Source: Azolla caroliniana (Eukaryota > Plantae > Polypodiophyta). Taken from it: 64,000 nucleotides of DNA. The stretch lies in assembly GCA_043228905.1 (NCBI GenBank), contig JBHGNT010000001.1:29822001-29886000 (forward strand). Direction: 5' to 3'. The notes under the pieces were generated by a model. The model was given only the letters and a program-made list of their open reading frames with translations. It did no database searches and had not been told where the DNA came from. Positions 27,201-40,501 of this stretch are shown piece by piece. Numbering within the stretch: the stretch's first letter is position 1; every line of letters begins with the position of its first letter. The translations under genes and the position numbers were made by a program.

Positions 27201-29984
27201 AGAGTTTCAACCTGCTCCGGCATTTATAGATTAGATATCAAGTTGAATTCAGCAGAATCCATAGGATTAAAATTTTAAGTTATTGCATACTCGATTCCAA
27301 TCTTAGCAACAAGAAATGAGCATATCCACAAACACATATAGCATGTCTGTGCACATATAATAAGTGTGTATTACCACATTAACAAACTATAAGTATTCAT
27401 AATTGTAAATCTTTTAAGTATATCTGGCCATTTTTTAAATCTATGGTACAGTAAAGTTGCATTCATTGACCAGATAGAAATCTCATTGTGATTCTTATGC
27501 CCAACATTTGTGCAACACTAAAAAAACTATAGACTATAACAGTGGTAATGACGAAGAGACAGCGAAACAATTGTTAATACTGAAAGTGTATACCTTTGCA
27601 GCTACATATATGAAGAAGTCATGGATATTTTTTATCACTGTGGGGAGAGATTGTAAGAGTGACTGGGTGCTCGCTTTTCCATTCTCATCAGAATCTGCAA
27701 ATACCAATCTTTCTAGCTCTTCAAGCCACTGTCTAAACTCCTGCAGCTGATGTTCAAATCTTGTTACAGTGTGTACAAGAAAGGGTGATGGCTTGATGGG
27801 TACACCACTGTAGAAGTCCACAGGAACAGTAGATGTCCCAGGCCCACCAGCACCAGCTGCTGTTGCTGGAATAATTGCATTAGGTGCACCCACATTACTC
27901 GTAGAAGCTGAACCAACCATTCGGGGAAATCGTGACCTTAATATGGCAAAAGACCGCACAGCCACTTCTGTGTTTTTCATCATTTCTTTCGCAGTTTTCA
28001 TCAATTCCTGAAGAGAAACCTTGTATCTGTCCATTGCAGTGCTAATGCCTCCAAGATCCTGTATCAAATGTGTGAATACAACCATCAAACTCTCTGGGAT
28101 TATGTTGCCAACAACAGCTACAAAAGATAACATAATTTAGATTGCAGATACACCCGAGGCTGATCACCTGTAATATAAATCTGAGATATGGGTGGAAAAT
28201 AAGTCCACCATATTTCCAAATAATACACCCAGGGATGATTACCATGGGCTAAATACAATTCAAATGATAATGTGGGCTAGTAACATCATTGTTTGTGTAA
28301 TATCAAACAAGCGTCAATAATCAGCCAAACCATTGTAAAAAATACTTGTTTATTTCTAAGCTACATGCCTTTATTGCCAGAATGTCATCAGTGCAGCTAT
28401 GTGCACATATATATGGTGTAATATGCATATATGTACCGGTAAGCATATGATGCAATAAAGACTTAAAATTTTGAATAGTATCCACCACGCCAGTTTGAAT
28501 CTACCGATATTGTATGAAGCTGGAGATTTCTCCTATTGGCACCTATCAGTCTGTACTCTCAACTACGTCATCACTCTGTTACATATTGATCTTTTACTGA
28601 TCAGCATATAGATTAAGATTTTCCGGACTTCAAAAGGAATGTTCCAAAACATGTTATGTTTGTAAACCAATAATCAAAAGTCTACTGACTTTGGCCAATG
28701 CTCAATGCATGTTTCGGGAAAAAGTAGCGTCATTAATGAAAACAACAGTTATATATTTGAAATAGCAAGTTTCAAACATTTAAAATTTCTACTACATTCG
28801 TGTAATTTTAACGTATCCTATCACAACTTCATATTATTTGATGATACAAGCATATGCATTTTCTACTGATGTCCAATACATTTACATTATTTCATAATAA
28901 TTACTTATAGTTTCATGAATGCATAGGACATCCACTAATTGGCAAAGAAGAATTTCCTAACTACTGATCAACAAAGATTACAATTAAGAATCAAAACAAT
29001 GTTTCACGAAGTTCACCTACAACCCAACTGTGTAAAACTATTTGTTAAAAATAAAGAGATGCACCTGACATATTCTGACAGCATCAACCTCAAAGCCTTC
29101 ATTCAGAGCAATGGAGTCGAACAAACGATCACATTGATCTAACCGTCTACTTTCATCCCGATATTCCAAGATTCGAGTTCTAAAATGGACAAGTAAACAT
29201 CAACGTCACTCTTCTGCAAAGACAGAAATCTCAAACAAAAACAGATACATTTGTGGTTCTGCAAAATGATTCACATTATAGCAAAAGTAAGAGTTGTACT
29301 GTTCTACACACATCCTGCGGCAAAACAGATCCACTCCTTCATTTGCATAAGCAATCGACATTTTTAGCAAAAGAGAAGGAAAGAAATGAAATTTCATACG
29401 TTCAAGCATAAACAGAAAACAAAAAAGATATAGCTCATTTCTAGAAAAAATTATTAATGAAAGAGAATGTCCTACAGCATAACCCGACAAGAAAACAACT
29501 ACTGTAGAGTGATTCACGGTTTAAAGAAGCGTCATTATATTTATTCTGGTGTAGTCAGACAGAAAACCAGACGAATGGATAGTACTTCTCAGTTCAAGAC
29601 AAGAAAAATGGCAAACGCACCATTTGTGCCGGTCATAGCTAAACAGACTACCAACTCCTGCACAGGATTATTCACATTTTAACAGAAGGAGAGGGGGGGG
29701 GGGGAAAGAAGTTTTTTGCTTCATTTGTTGCAACCATGGTTAAGACAGATAAATGTTTATTAAAGACGGCTTCAGAGTGCAGAAATGGTTCACGTTTCAA
29801 GAAAAGAAAGAGAGAGGAGGGTGAGAAAGTCGGGCAGGTCGGTAGGAAGGTCAGGGAGTGAAACAGAGAAGGAAGGGGAGGTCTACTTACTCGATCTGAG
29901 TCAAGAAATTCTGAGAATCTGGATGGAGATCAGACCATTTGGTGTGATAAGTGACAGGGTTGTTGTCCTTCGTGAGGAGATGAG

Positions 29985-30024
<40 letters not shown>

Positions 30025-30099
30025 CTGAAGGTTAAAGGAGAAGTTGGGCGTCTGCTGCTGCTGCTGCGTCGGCGTAGTGAGAGAAAACGGAGAAGCCAT
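24214..30099 (-). CDS. NUP58: Nuclear pore complex protein Nup58 (FG nucleoporin), about 500 aa
   Basis: Exons 30099-29891, 29179-29065, 28058-27594, 27211-26704, 25252-25145, 24994-24942, 24258-24214 (all GT-AG, 1503 nt). Motifs YHTKWSDLHPDSQNFLTQIE, ILEYRDESRRLDQC, NTEVAVRSF, DFYSGVPIKPSPFL, NIHDFFIYVAAKVE, NPFLEADRRE, many FG repeats and a basic C-terminus KPKSRTTRRK. Confidence 0.92.
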
Positions 30100-30321
30100 A
30101 GCTTCTCCCTCCCAAACCTCCTGTGTTTTCCTTTTTTCAAAGCTTTTCCGTTTTGCTATTATTATTACATATTATGTATTTGTTGCTCTCAGAAAATGGG
30201 TCTCCTCCTCCTCCTCCTCCTCCTCAACTTTCTGTAATTACGAGCGTACCCTTTCTGCCCAACTTGGTCTTAGAAGACATTACCATCCCTCTTAATCTCT
30301 CTCTCTCTCTCTCTCTCTCTC

Positions 30322-30448
30322 TTTGGTAAAAGCACACAATTATATTAATTGTATGTAAAATCCACTTAGTTACAACACTTCATAGTTTCATAGTCTCCTC
30401 TACCTATCATATGTGCCTATGTAGGGAGAGGGACGTCGTGTAATGTCT

Positions 30449-30499
<51 letters not shown>

Positions 30500-30606
30500 G
30501 GTGAAACACAATTATATAACACAACTTACAATGGGTGTCACAATGGAGTATGGTCACCCACTCACTACCTACACTACATGGGTAGTGGAACATGTTGAAT
30601 TGCCAA
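30322..30606 (-). mobile_element. Two very short L1-type 3' fragments (30322-30367, 30499-30606), each abutting a (CT)n tract
   Basis: cacaattatat..acttacaatgggtgt..gagtatggtcacccact..ctacactacatgggtagtggaacat.ttgaattgccaa matches the 39461-39820 copy. Confidence 0.7.
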
Positions 30607-31632
30607 CTCTCTATATCTCTCTCTGGTTCACCCAACCCTAGTTGTCAACTACTGGTTATTGTTAATCTTCAAAGAAGAAAGAATGGATGGAAACCTGAAG
30701 CTCATTTCGAGAGTTCATTCAAAATTCAGAGATCCCCTTCATTTGTTCCAACAACTCACTTTTCTCTCTATCTAGTCCATACCTTTTTGCAGCTCACCTT
30801 TTACCACAATCAATTACTCTAGGCCACTACCAACCTTGTCCACCTTCTCCACATTGGGCACCCAAAACCAATTGTCTAAAGCAGATAGAGTAATTCTCTA
30901 CTTATAAATGGAAGTGTTTAAGAAAACTTGTGAGTAATGCTGTCATTTTTATTAACATTCTTTATATGAGGTTGGGGAAAACATCTATAGAATATCAATT
31001 ATGTAGTTGGGCACTTCCATGAAATCCAATACTTGCTATATCAAGGTTACAAAGTTGAATCAACATTCAGCCTACCCTTGGTGTAGACAAATAATTGCCG
31101 TTGCAGCAGCATACTTTGCTAGAGAGGGGCATAATAATAAAATTGTTATGTGTTTTTCAGGAGAACTGAAAATCCTGATTCTGTTAGGCAAATGCACATT
31201 TACTGTTGACTTCCTCAAGCTCTCTGACAATAATTTATTAGGTGGATTCAAAATAGATAATAAACACTCTTCTAAGAGCTGATGGAGATTTAAGCTTTCG
31301 GTTCCACGATTCACAGTATACAATGAGCCACATTCATCGTTGAAATGAGTCCGTAGCTCAAGATTTGTGATCCTTTTGCATGCAGCTGTTACGATAACTG
31401 AAACATCCATACTCAGACTTCATATAATCCTAAAATGTCATAGTTTTTTTTAAGTAACGACGCACCAATTTGCATTTCAAGCATTTCTTCCATGTACAAC
31501 ATAAAATAATTAAAAGCTCTGCGTTTGAAAATCAGCAAAACCAGTAAATCTCTGAGTTCTAACAGACTTCTGAATTCTACTATACAAACATGTAGTTTAC
31601 AATCAGAGAATTTATTTTTTGAGTCCAGCATA

Positions 31633-31897
31633 TCACTCTATAGTAGAACTATTATCATCCATTTCTTCCACTGACTGCAACGATCCTGTAAAAGATAACA
31701 AAGTGCTTGCGCTGTTGATGAGAGGAACCTGTGGTTCCATGGAGTTTATATCAGTCCAATCTTCTTCAGACAGTGACCAGCTTAAAATATCAAAATTAGA
31801 TCTAATTCGATCAGAATGAAGGCTGCGAGGGAGTACACTTGTACCCCGTTGTATCCCCCACCTCAATATAACCTGAAATTTAGGCATCAACATCGTC

Positions 31898-31948
<51 letters not shown>

Positions 31949-34582
31949 CCCCCCCCTCCCCCCCCCCCTTCATCATCACCACTTACATACTGCTTTAATT
32001 AATTCAATAATATAGCAGGAGATAACCCGTCTAGTATATAACATCTGTATACATCTGCAACAGTAAGTTAAAACAGTTATGCCCCTATGGAAACTTAAAC
32101 TAGAAAATCTAACATTTTCTTGAGTAACACATATAGCATCATACATGATCTCCGTTCCTCCACTTAACCAATCAAGTAACATAATGTAGAGTCTTTTTTC
32201 TTCAAAATCAAAGATGCTTTCTGGTTCATGCGGCCCATGATGTAGTCAAGCCAACAAGTACTAACAGCTTTCTCAGGATAGGAAAAGGTCATAACACCTA
32301 GGAAAACCAAAATTGCCCACACATGTACGTACTTATCATCATCATTTCACTTCTCAACTCAATTTTGCACATTTATTCAATTTAAATCTCTCTGCAAATT
32401 CAGAAAAGTGAAACCACTTTGTTACATATCAACCAATAGTTTTACATCACCCTGGGATGAATTCCTTTCCTTTTATTTGTGCATCATTTCTAGGACTACA
32501 AGATCACAATTCTCTAGAATTACAAACCTTTTCAATCAGTTATCACAAAACTTTCACTGTGCACATTCTTCTTCTCAACCAAGCATACCATTTACATAGT
32601 AGCCCAACACCAGAAATTGACAAAAGAAATACAATGACAAAGTGCAAAAGTAATTATTACCTGTGCAGGTGTTTTACGAAGCCGTTGGCCAATAGCTTCA
32701 ACAGCAGAGATCTTGAGCATAGGGGCATGCCCAGAGCGTGACCTTGTAAAGGCAATAGGAAGACTTGGAGACATTACTTCATGCTCCCCACTTGATGAAT
32801 CATCCTGCATGCTTCTAAGGCTGCTTCCAGGTACTCCAAGCGGAGTATGAGCTGAAACATGTATACCTTTGGACTGACAGAATTTTAGTAGCTCATCTTG
32901 CCTCCAAAAGGGATGTAATTCCACCTATATGCATGGCATAATTAACAATCCACGAGTCAGAAAATCAGGATGATGATTGTTGAATGAATATAAAAGCAAA
33001 ACTCACTTAATAAAGGCAAGTTAAAGAGCGGCTTCAAATATAAGATGCCAAACTTTACAAAAAAATATATGGTTATTTTTGCCCTTGGATGCATACAACT
33101 AAGTCACAAGAGGAAACATTTTGTAGCACTATCCTTCTAAAACTTCCTTACCTGTTTGAATATGACTTTCCTAACATAGACATGTTACAGACCACATCAT
33201 AATAGCAGAAATTTCCTATTCATTTGCTTCTATGCCTTCCATCACTTATTGAATGAGTTTTTTCTAATATGGGCTAAGAGCACCAACTCTGCAGAAACGT
33301 AATTAAATGTGACAAAAAACTTTCGTAACCATTTGCTTCTATCTATCCCTTCACTTATTGAATGCGTTTTTTCTAACATGGGCTAAGTGTATTACCTCTC
33401 ATAGAAATTTAAATGTGACAAAAAAAAATTCTTTACCTATATCCTACAGATTGTGACCATAATGGAAAGAGGCTTTCTTCACCTACATCCTGCACGAGTG
33501 ACTCTGATGAGAAATTTTCATCATCTTTTACCTGTAAGAATGTGATCTGTGACCCTTTATGAAAAACTCTTCATTTACCCTTATATTATGCATGAGTGTG
33601 ACCTTGCTTTCTTTGCCTTTATCAACCATTAATTGTAAGGGACGCTGTTCAGATATAGATCATTCAAGATTATGACTTTTATAGCAAAATTATTTACCTA
33701 CAGATCAGAAAAGGCCGAAACCCATATCAATGTATCACAAAGAGGGTGATCTTAGTTTCTTTATCCATATCAACCTCTCAAACACCAATGTGAGCTTAAT
33801 GAAGAAGAAATATAAAATATTTCTTCATCTTTATTGTACGAGAGTGTGACCTTAATAGATAAAACAAGACGTTGCTTCAACTATGTATTATAGAACAGTG
33901 TTTATCTTAAATACAGAAGTAAAAACTTTCTGAACCTATATGTCAACTTAATGAAAGAAAGAAACAAAGAAGAAGATGGTTTTTCACATGTATATCATAC
34001 GCGACATAGTGTGATAGAACTCACCTGATTGACAGCTGGAACAATCTTAGCAAAGCTAAGCAATTCCTTGAGCTGGGAGATATTGAAATTGCTGACACCA
34101 ATAGCTCGAACCAGACCTTTCTCCAACAAGCCTTCCATAGCCTGCCAAGCTTCTTTGAATCGAGGGGGAGATTTCTCTTGCTTATAGTACGGAGGATCTG
34201 TGGCATCCCCAACCTGAGCTTGAGCAGGCCAGTGTATAAGGTAGAGATCCAAGTAAGACAGTGAAAGGTTCTTGAGAGAGACAGAAACAGAAGCTTCTAC
34301 GCGCTTCTTCGCATTGTTTGTGGTTGTGCAGAGAATCTTGGAGGTCACAAAGAGATCTTCCCTCCTCAGATTTGACTTGTTGGACAAGGTCTCTGCGATG
34401 GCTTGCCCTACTTCTCCTTCGTTACCATAGAGGTGAGCACAGTCCAGATGGCGATACCCGATATCTAGAGCTGTCTTTACAGCGGCCTTGCAGAGATCTC
34501 CGTCTGTCTGCCAAGTCCCTAGTCCTACAGCAGGGATACTGGCACCTGTGTTTAAGACGAAGCAATCCTTCCCACCTTTCAT
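31633..34582 (-). CDS. Aldo-keto reductase (AKR4C-related, At5g01670-like), about 353 aa
   Basis: Exons 34582-34025, 32924-32661, 31872-31633 (GT-AG, 1062 nt). [16 protein letters not shown]; catalytic tetrad D(HLDCA)/Y(LYGNE)/K(TSKI)/H(LIHWP); [11 protein letters not shown]; PAVNQVELHP; [21 protein letters not shown]. Confidence 0.93.
33218..33425. repeat. Intronic tandem duplication, about 111 bp x2
   Basis: catttgcttctat..tcacttattgaatg.gttttttctaa.atgggctaag..aaatgtgacaaaaaa occurs twice. Confidence 0.75.
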
Positions 34583-34680
34583 ACCGATCCAAAATATCTC
34601 TAAACAGCAGCAGGAGCAGCGACAGGAGGAGGAACGGAGGAAAGGTAACCTTCACCCTACAAGGGATCTTGAACACAACT

Positions 34681-34860
34681 TTAGCCTTAACCTAACCCTA
34701 AATTTTAACCTTTACCTCGACCCAAGCCCTAAAATTTAAGCTTGACCTTAACCCTGACCCTAAATTAAACCTTTACCTCGATCCAAACCCTAAAATTTAA
34801 GCTTGACCTTAACCCTAACCCTAAATCTAATCTCAGCCTTGACGCTACTAACCCTCTAAC
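34681..34860. repeat. About 61-bp tandem repeat built from telomere-like CCCTAA(A) units upstream of the AKR gene
   Basis: ccttaaccctaaccctaaat..aacctttacctcga.cca..ccctaaaatttaagcttga is repeated about 2.5 times. Confidence 0.75.
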
Positions 34861-35242
34861 GCAATCTGCCTTCGTCTTCTGGTGGAGCTTCGGATCCTTT
34901 CAGTGTCAGTGTCAGTCAGACTCGGTGTCTGGGCGAGTGCGTGGGTGGGTGGGTGGGTGGGTGGGATGGATGCGAGAGGATCGTACGAAATGGGCGGCTG
35001 ATGGAGATGGAGATGGAGATGGAGATGGAGATGGAGATGATGACGAGGACGATGAAGGGTGTTCTCTTTTTGTCCCAAAACACTGCCTCAATCGATCTAT
35101 GACGGGCCTCTGACTTGACTTGACTTGACTTGACCGACCATGTCTGGTCTGATCTCTCTTTGTATCTCTTTAAATACACACACACACACACACAAATATA
35201 TGATTCATGATATATGTATAAATTATAATGTGCATATGTATA

Positions 35243-35672
35243 TGTATGTATGTATGTATGTATGTATGCATGCATATGTATGTATATACATTTCTCCTCG
35301 TAAAGAGATGACCACCACAGTCATCATGTCTAGGCCCCTGTGGCTGGCCGTATCCCGACCCCCACTCCAACTCTAACCCCAACTCGCTCTTCATTGGCCC
35401 CCTCTTTGCCCTTTTTGACTTTCCTTTCCATTCCTTGTACACACATGCATCCTGAAACCCACAAAAATTGTGTATCTATGTGTGTATGTATGTATGTATA
35501 TATATTTCTCCTCGCAAAGAGATGACCACCATGGTCGTCGTGTCTAGGCCCTAGTGGCCGGCCCCCGCCTCCGACTCTAACCTTGATTCGCTCTTCATTG
35601 GCCTCCTCGTTGCCCTTTCTGACTTTCCTTTCTTTCCCTCGTACACACATGCATCCCGAAACCCACAAAAAT
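35243..35672. repeat. Tandem duplication, two units of about 214 bp
   Basis: atttctcctcg.aaagagatgaccacca..gtc.tc.tgtctaggccc..tcgctcttcattggcc..gtacacacatgcatcc.gaaacccacaaaaat occurs twice. Confidence 0.85.
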
Positions 35673-37833
35673 CGGGTGTTGAAGAATGACTCGTGTGTTG
35701 CGCGAGGTTGTTGAGCTAAAGCCTCGTCGTAACTAGGCCAGGATCGAGGCGACTCATGTGATTGTTGTTTGTGTCGTTATCTTTAGCATTTGGATCTAAG
35801 GTTGGTATAAGTTGTGGGGGTGGGGTATCAACAACCTTTGACCTTCTAGTCTCATGTCCATACGTTTTTCATTACTCTCTTTCTTGACCTTTTCGTGTCT
35901 TGAATCCACTCCTACCCTTGCAACCTTTTTCTGCGCCTTTTATTCTTTCTAGCCTCTAGAATCCACAATGTTCCACAAAACAAACTCTCCATCATTTGAT
36001 TCTTGTGCATCTTTCACATTGTGTTGTGTTTTGAGTCCATACATTTTCCACCAAGATTTTTGTTCTCCATTGCTTGATTGAATCTTTCATGTTTTTTTTT
36101 GTCTTAGGATCATATCTATTTTATTAGAACAATATTTTACATCACTCAAATCATGTAGCTTGAATCAAAGTGTTGTCATTGTCAACATTGAACTTTATTG
36201 TTATGTAGTGTTTGCAATCCATGTATACTTGCATGCATTAGAGTCCGAGAAGGCCCTTTGCTCTAGCCTATCATATTGATGATGTTATGGTGTGTCTTCG
36301 ACTTCATATGTTATGAATCTTTCTTTTGTTACATACGTATGTTATTAACATCCATAGGAAACCGTTAGCAATATATGGGATGGGACCGAAGCACATGTAT
36401 GGCTATAGAACTTGGGTTGCCTCAAAATTTTGGCTTTGATGTTGTGGCACCATCCAATTGAAATTGAACAAGGTCGCAAGAACTACTCTAACCTTTTGAT
36501 AGCAAAATTCATGTGCCCGTAGCATAGCATTGAATCCCAATGCATGACATGGTGTCCAAGAGGAGGTTCAACAACCATGGGCCAATGAAAACCTTATGAA
36601 ATTCTCGTAAGAGAAGGGGAGCGAAAACATACCAAGTCATACATTGGAACTTCAACATTGAAGTGAAGAAAGACATAATAGTCAAACTCCAACCTTGATG
36701 TGCATTTACATTATTCCGTGTTGGCCAAGTTGATAAAACAACATTTACTACGCTCATAAAAGTTAGAAATGTTGACAAGACTTCCCAAACACAACTATTA
36801 TTCCTTGTTCGTGAAGCCAATGAGAAACATTGACTATAAGATCAAGATAATGACTTGACATAAAAGTTAGAAAGATGGTTTGCTATGGAGATTATATGTG
36901 GCATAAATTAAGTTAAATTTATATTGTATGCTTAGCTTGATTAATTAACCTAGGTTAAATTATGCTTTGAAGTAATTTGAACTATGTGAACATCAAGCAT
37001 CAATGTGGGAACACAAAGAAAATATAACTAGTTTTAACAATAACTAGTTGCAACCCTTGGTTTGACTAGAGCTAAAACTTATCAATTAAGTTGCAACTTG
37101 ATGGTTATATCAATTTCAAAGTGTGAGCTCGGTTCGTTTTAACTTTCACTTTTTTCTTCCAGTTCAACTCAAAGCTTTAGGGTTTGGCATGGTTCAAATT
37201 GGCTCCATATTTAACAGCTTTGCAATTTCTAGCTTGGTTCAATTTAGTATGACATTTTCACACGGTTCAAGTTGTAGACTATTAGTTATTGGAATTTGCG
37301 ATGTTTTACCTTTAGTGTATGGTTTACCTCCAATTTCCAAGAAGTTTGTCCATATATCACTTCTTCTTCTTCTTCTGGTGTAATGCTAAATTTATATATA
37401 TGGATATGTCTTTCGTTTAAAAATTAATGGCCTTGGGAATGGTTTCATGGATTGATGGTTTCTAACCGGGCTTTAGTGCTTCACATTTGCTTCAATGGCG
37501 TAATGTTTCATGGTTCCAAGAGCAAGTTAATGATTTAAAGGATTCGTGACTTTGCTTGTTCGGTTCAACTTCATGTTTTGATTGATTGTTTGGCTCAGGT
37601 TTTATATAGGTCAAATGGTTTGGTTTAAATAGTGGCACTCAAATCATTTAATTTGGTTAACTTTCAAACCATGTTAATGCTAAATGGGTTAGTTCGGTTC
37701 AACTCAAGTTGAATTGGACAACCAATGTAGGTTAATGGCTAATGGGAACAATGCAAAGCAATTGTGTCAAAGTTTGTTGTGGAAACAACCACTTTCCACA
37801 TTGATGTAGTGGTCACATTCGAAAAAATGTTGA

Positions 37834-38140
37834 CCATCACAACCATCTCCCTATGCTTGCACAAGTTCGTCATCATCAAAGAATCCTTAGGGCATGAATC
37901 ATAAGGGCAATCAACTACCCCGAGATGAAATACGTCGATCATCACAACCATCTCCCTATACTTGCACAAGTTCGTCATCATTAAAGAATACTTAGAGCAT
38001 GAATCATAAGGGCAATCAAGTACCCTAAGATGAAATACGCCGACCATCAAGAATCCTTAGACCATCTTCGTATGCTTGCATAATATCATCATTAAAGAAT
38101 CCTTAGAGCATGAAATCATAATGACGGTCTACTACCCCAA
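37834..38140. repeat. About 105-bp tandem repeat, roughly three copies
   Basis: atcacaaccatctccctat.cttgcacaagttcgtcatcat.aaagaat.cttag.gcatgaatcataagggcaatcaa.taccc..agatgaaatacg is repeated. Confidence 0.85.
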
Positions 38141-38275
38141 GACGATAACCTTTTTCGGAGATCACATATGATAATTTTACTTGTAGCTATGACATTGTAG
38201 GTACATGCATGTCAATCTCGTGGATGTAAAAATTTCATCTCTTTCACTTCATGAGTCTCGCTCCTCATGAATGAT

Positions 38276-38318
<43 letters not shown>

Positions 38319-39220
38319 TGGCCCTATCAACATGGATCACGATTGTTTTTGCTCTAGTTGGTGAGTAGGGATATTGGTAGGTCACCTATATAATGGAGAT
38401 GAGGCTTGTGCACAATGGTATGGATATTTATATTATTAATTAAAGATGAGATTGTATCCATTCATGAGGTACATACTTTATTTCAAATTCACATATATCT
38501 TTGGGTTTATTCACTCGTGCTCTTTAATGGGCATGATGGATACTAAACTTAAATGAGATTAAGAATTGGAACAAGAGAAAGAAAGACCCACGCAAAAGTA
38601 TTCCCACTTCTATGATTACAATGAATAGGTAATAGTGTGGATGTATTCACATTGCTTGAAAATTTTAATTTATGCATTTCCTATTCTTCTTGTATATCTA
38701 AAGGCACAATTCAATGGAGGTTCCTATATGCCATCAATTTCGTTTGTTAAAGATTATGTATACCAATCGAATAGTTCTTTACCATCATGGGGAAATCATA
38801 TTCTTTTTAAGACCATCTCACTTTTTGTTATAAACGATTTTAACATAATGCACCCATTTGTTTATACGAGAATTCAATATCATTGATCGAAAGATTGCAA
38901 TTTGATATTAGTATGAGAATGAAAAGTGATTTATTCTTTTCTTAGTGGGGTATACGATGACATAGATGGGGAGCAAGAATATAATTTAATTCCCAATTTA
39001 TGTGAGGAACTTTTGACATATTAATGTTGATTTGTTCAAGGTCTAAGGTGCATTAAAGAGTGCCCAATCACATACACACCAAACAATTCATCAAGGTTCC
39101 CTTCAAACTTCTTTGAACCATTTTTAGGGCCTTTGATCTCTCACATAGGCAACTCCCAACTTTCCTAGGGATTATATCTGAGAAACATCTTCTACATCTC
39201 ACTTTACACAAGCTTAGAAT

Positions 39221-40027
39221 TAGGGGTTGGCAACGGCACGGCTCAAGCCTAAACCGTTGAGCTTAACCGGTTTAAAACGCCTTCGCGGCTCGACTCAGGC
39301 TTGAGTTTGACTAAACGGTTTGAGCTTGGTTCGGCTTGGCTTGAGTCTTGCCAAACCGGCTCAAACCAGTTATGTGGTTTACTAGTTAGGTTAAAGAAAA
39401 ACTTCAAAGTTAGAAATTAGTTCAAAACTTGAGAGAGAGAGAGAGACTACACAGACGAGACCCAAAGTCAAAGATGGAGATCGTTTTTCTATTTCTGAGA
39501 TATTGGGAATTGCGTCATAATTGGAATATGCGCAAAGCTTATGTATTCGATGGTAGACATGGAGTGAAAGCATATCTACGAAAGTTGAAGGGAGTACTAA
39601 TGTGGCCATTTTCTTTATTGGAGCAAGTGGAAATCCTTTCCTTAGTGGAGTGTTCGTCTTGCCTATTGGCAATTCAATATGTTCCACTACCCATGTAGTG
39701 TAGTGTAGTGTAGTTAGTGGGTGACCATACTTCATGGTCACACGGTACACCCATTGTAAGTAGTGTTTTTTACACGCATTTATTAATATAATTGTGTGTT
39801 TTCACCCAAAAAAAATAAAAACTACATAAGACGAAGAGAGAGAGAGAGAGAGAGAGGGAGGGAGGTTTCCAAGCCAGTTCCCAAGCAGGTTTAGCCTAAA
39901 CCAGTTTAGGGGTTGGTTTGGTTTGGTTTGTTCAAGTTTGAGAACCCCAAAACAGTTTAGGCTTAACTAGTTTGGCTTGGATAAGGCCAAACCGGTTAAG
40001 CCTAAACCAAACTGTTGCCGATTCCTG
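39221..40027. mobile_element. Non-autonomous hAT element/MITE with perfect 8-bp TSD, carrying a nested L1 fragment
   Basis: TSD cttagaat at 39213-39220 and 40028-40035. TIRs are TAGGGGTTGGCAACGG and (reverse complement) CAGGAATCGGCAACAG. Subterminal aaaccg/ggttt repeats. Confidence 0.82.
39461..39820 (+). mobile_element. 5'-truncated L1-type LINE 3' end with A-tail, inserted in a (GA)n tract
   Basis: Encodes FLRYWELRHNWNMRKAYVFDG, resembling the L1 ORF2 C-terminal W..W..RN..vF motif. Ends ttttcacccaaaaaaaataaaa. TSD-like flanks actacacagacgaga (39446-39460) and actacataagacgaaga (39821-39837). Confidence 0.72.
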
Positions 40028-40501
40028 CTTAGAATTGAGAATCCTCTGGGACATTTCGTGGCTCATTTCAAGATTAGCAAGATCCTCAATCTGCATATCT
40101 ATATTTTCGCTACATTGACGCAACCACATTCGAAGACAAGGGGAAGTTCATGTTATGCTTTGCATGTGAATTCTCAACACATCCTTGGAAGTGAACTAGG
40201 CAAACACATGAGGAGAAAGATTTGACAAATCCCAAGGTCTAATAAATAGATTTAAACATGGCTAATAAGGGGTTAAACAACATTGGGCATCATAAGAAAG
40301 CAAAATCACACAAATGAAAGCCCAAAAATCTTCTTTAAAGAATGGGATGGATTGACACCATACTAAAAATGTTTAAATTGTAATTTTAAGATTGAGCTAC
40401 TTTTTAGCACAAAAATATGACAAACGCAGCCAATCTAGCACTCAATGCCTCAGATTCTTGGGAAAATGCAGCGTAATTTTGTTTCCAATTAGAATAGCTA
40501 T

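Noticed and set aside
35690-35737. Hairpin ctcgtgtgttgcgcgag followed by CTAG as a Helitron 3' end
   Set aside because: The spacing to CTAG is too long and the following base is not T. No 5' TC end was identified.
37834-38140. Regularly spaced repeats considered as a CRISPR-like array (also 17279, 19213 and 34681)
   Set aside because: The units are contiguous tandem duplications without unique spacers, there are no cas genes, and the context is eukaryotic.
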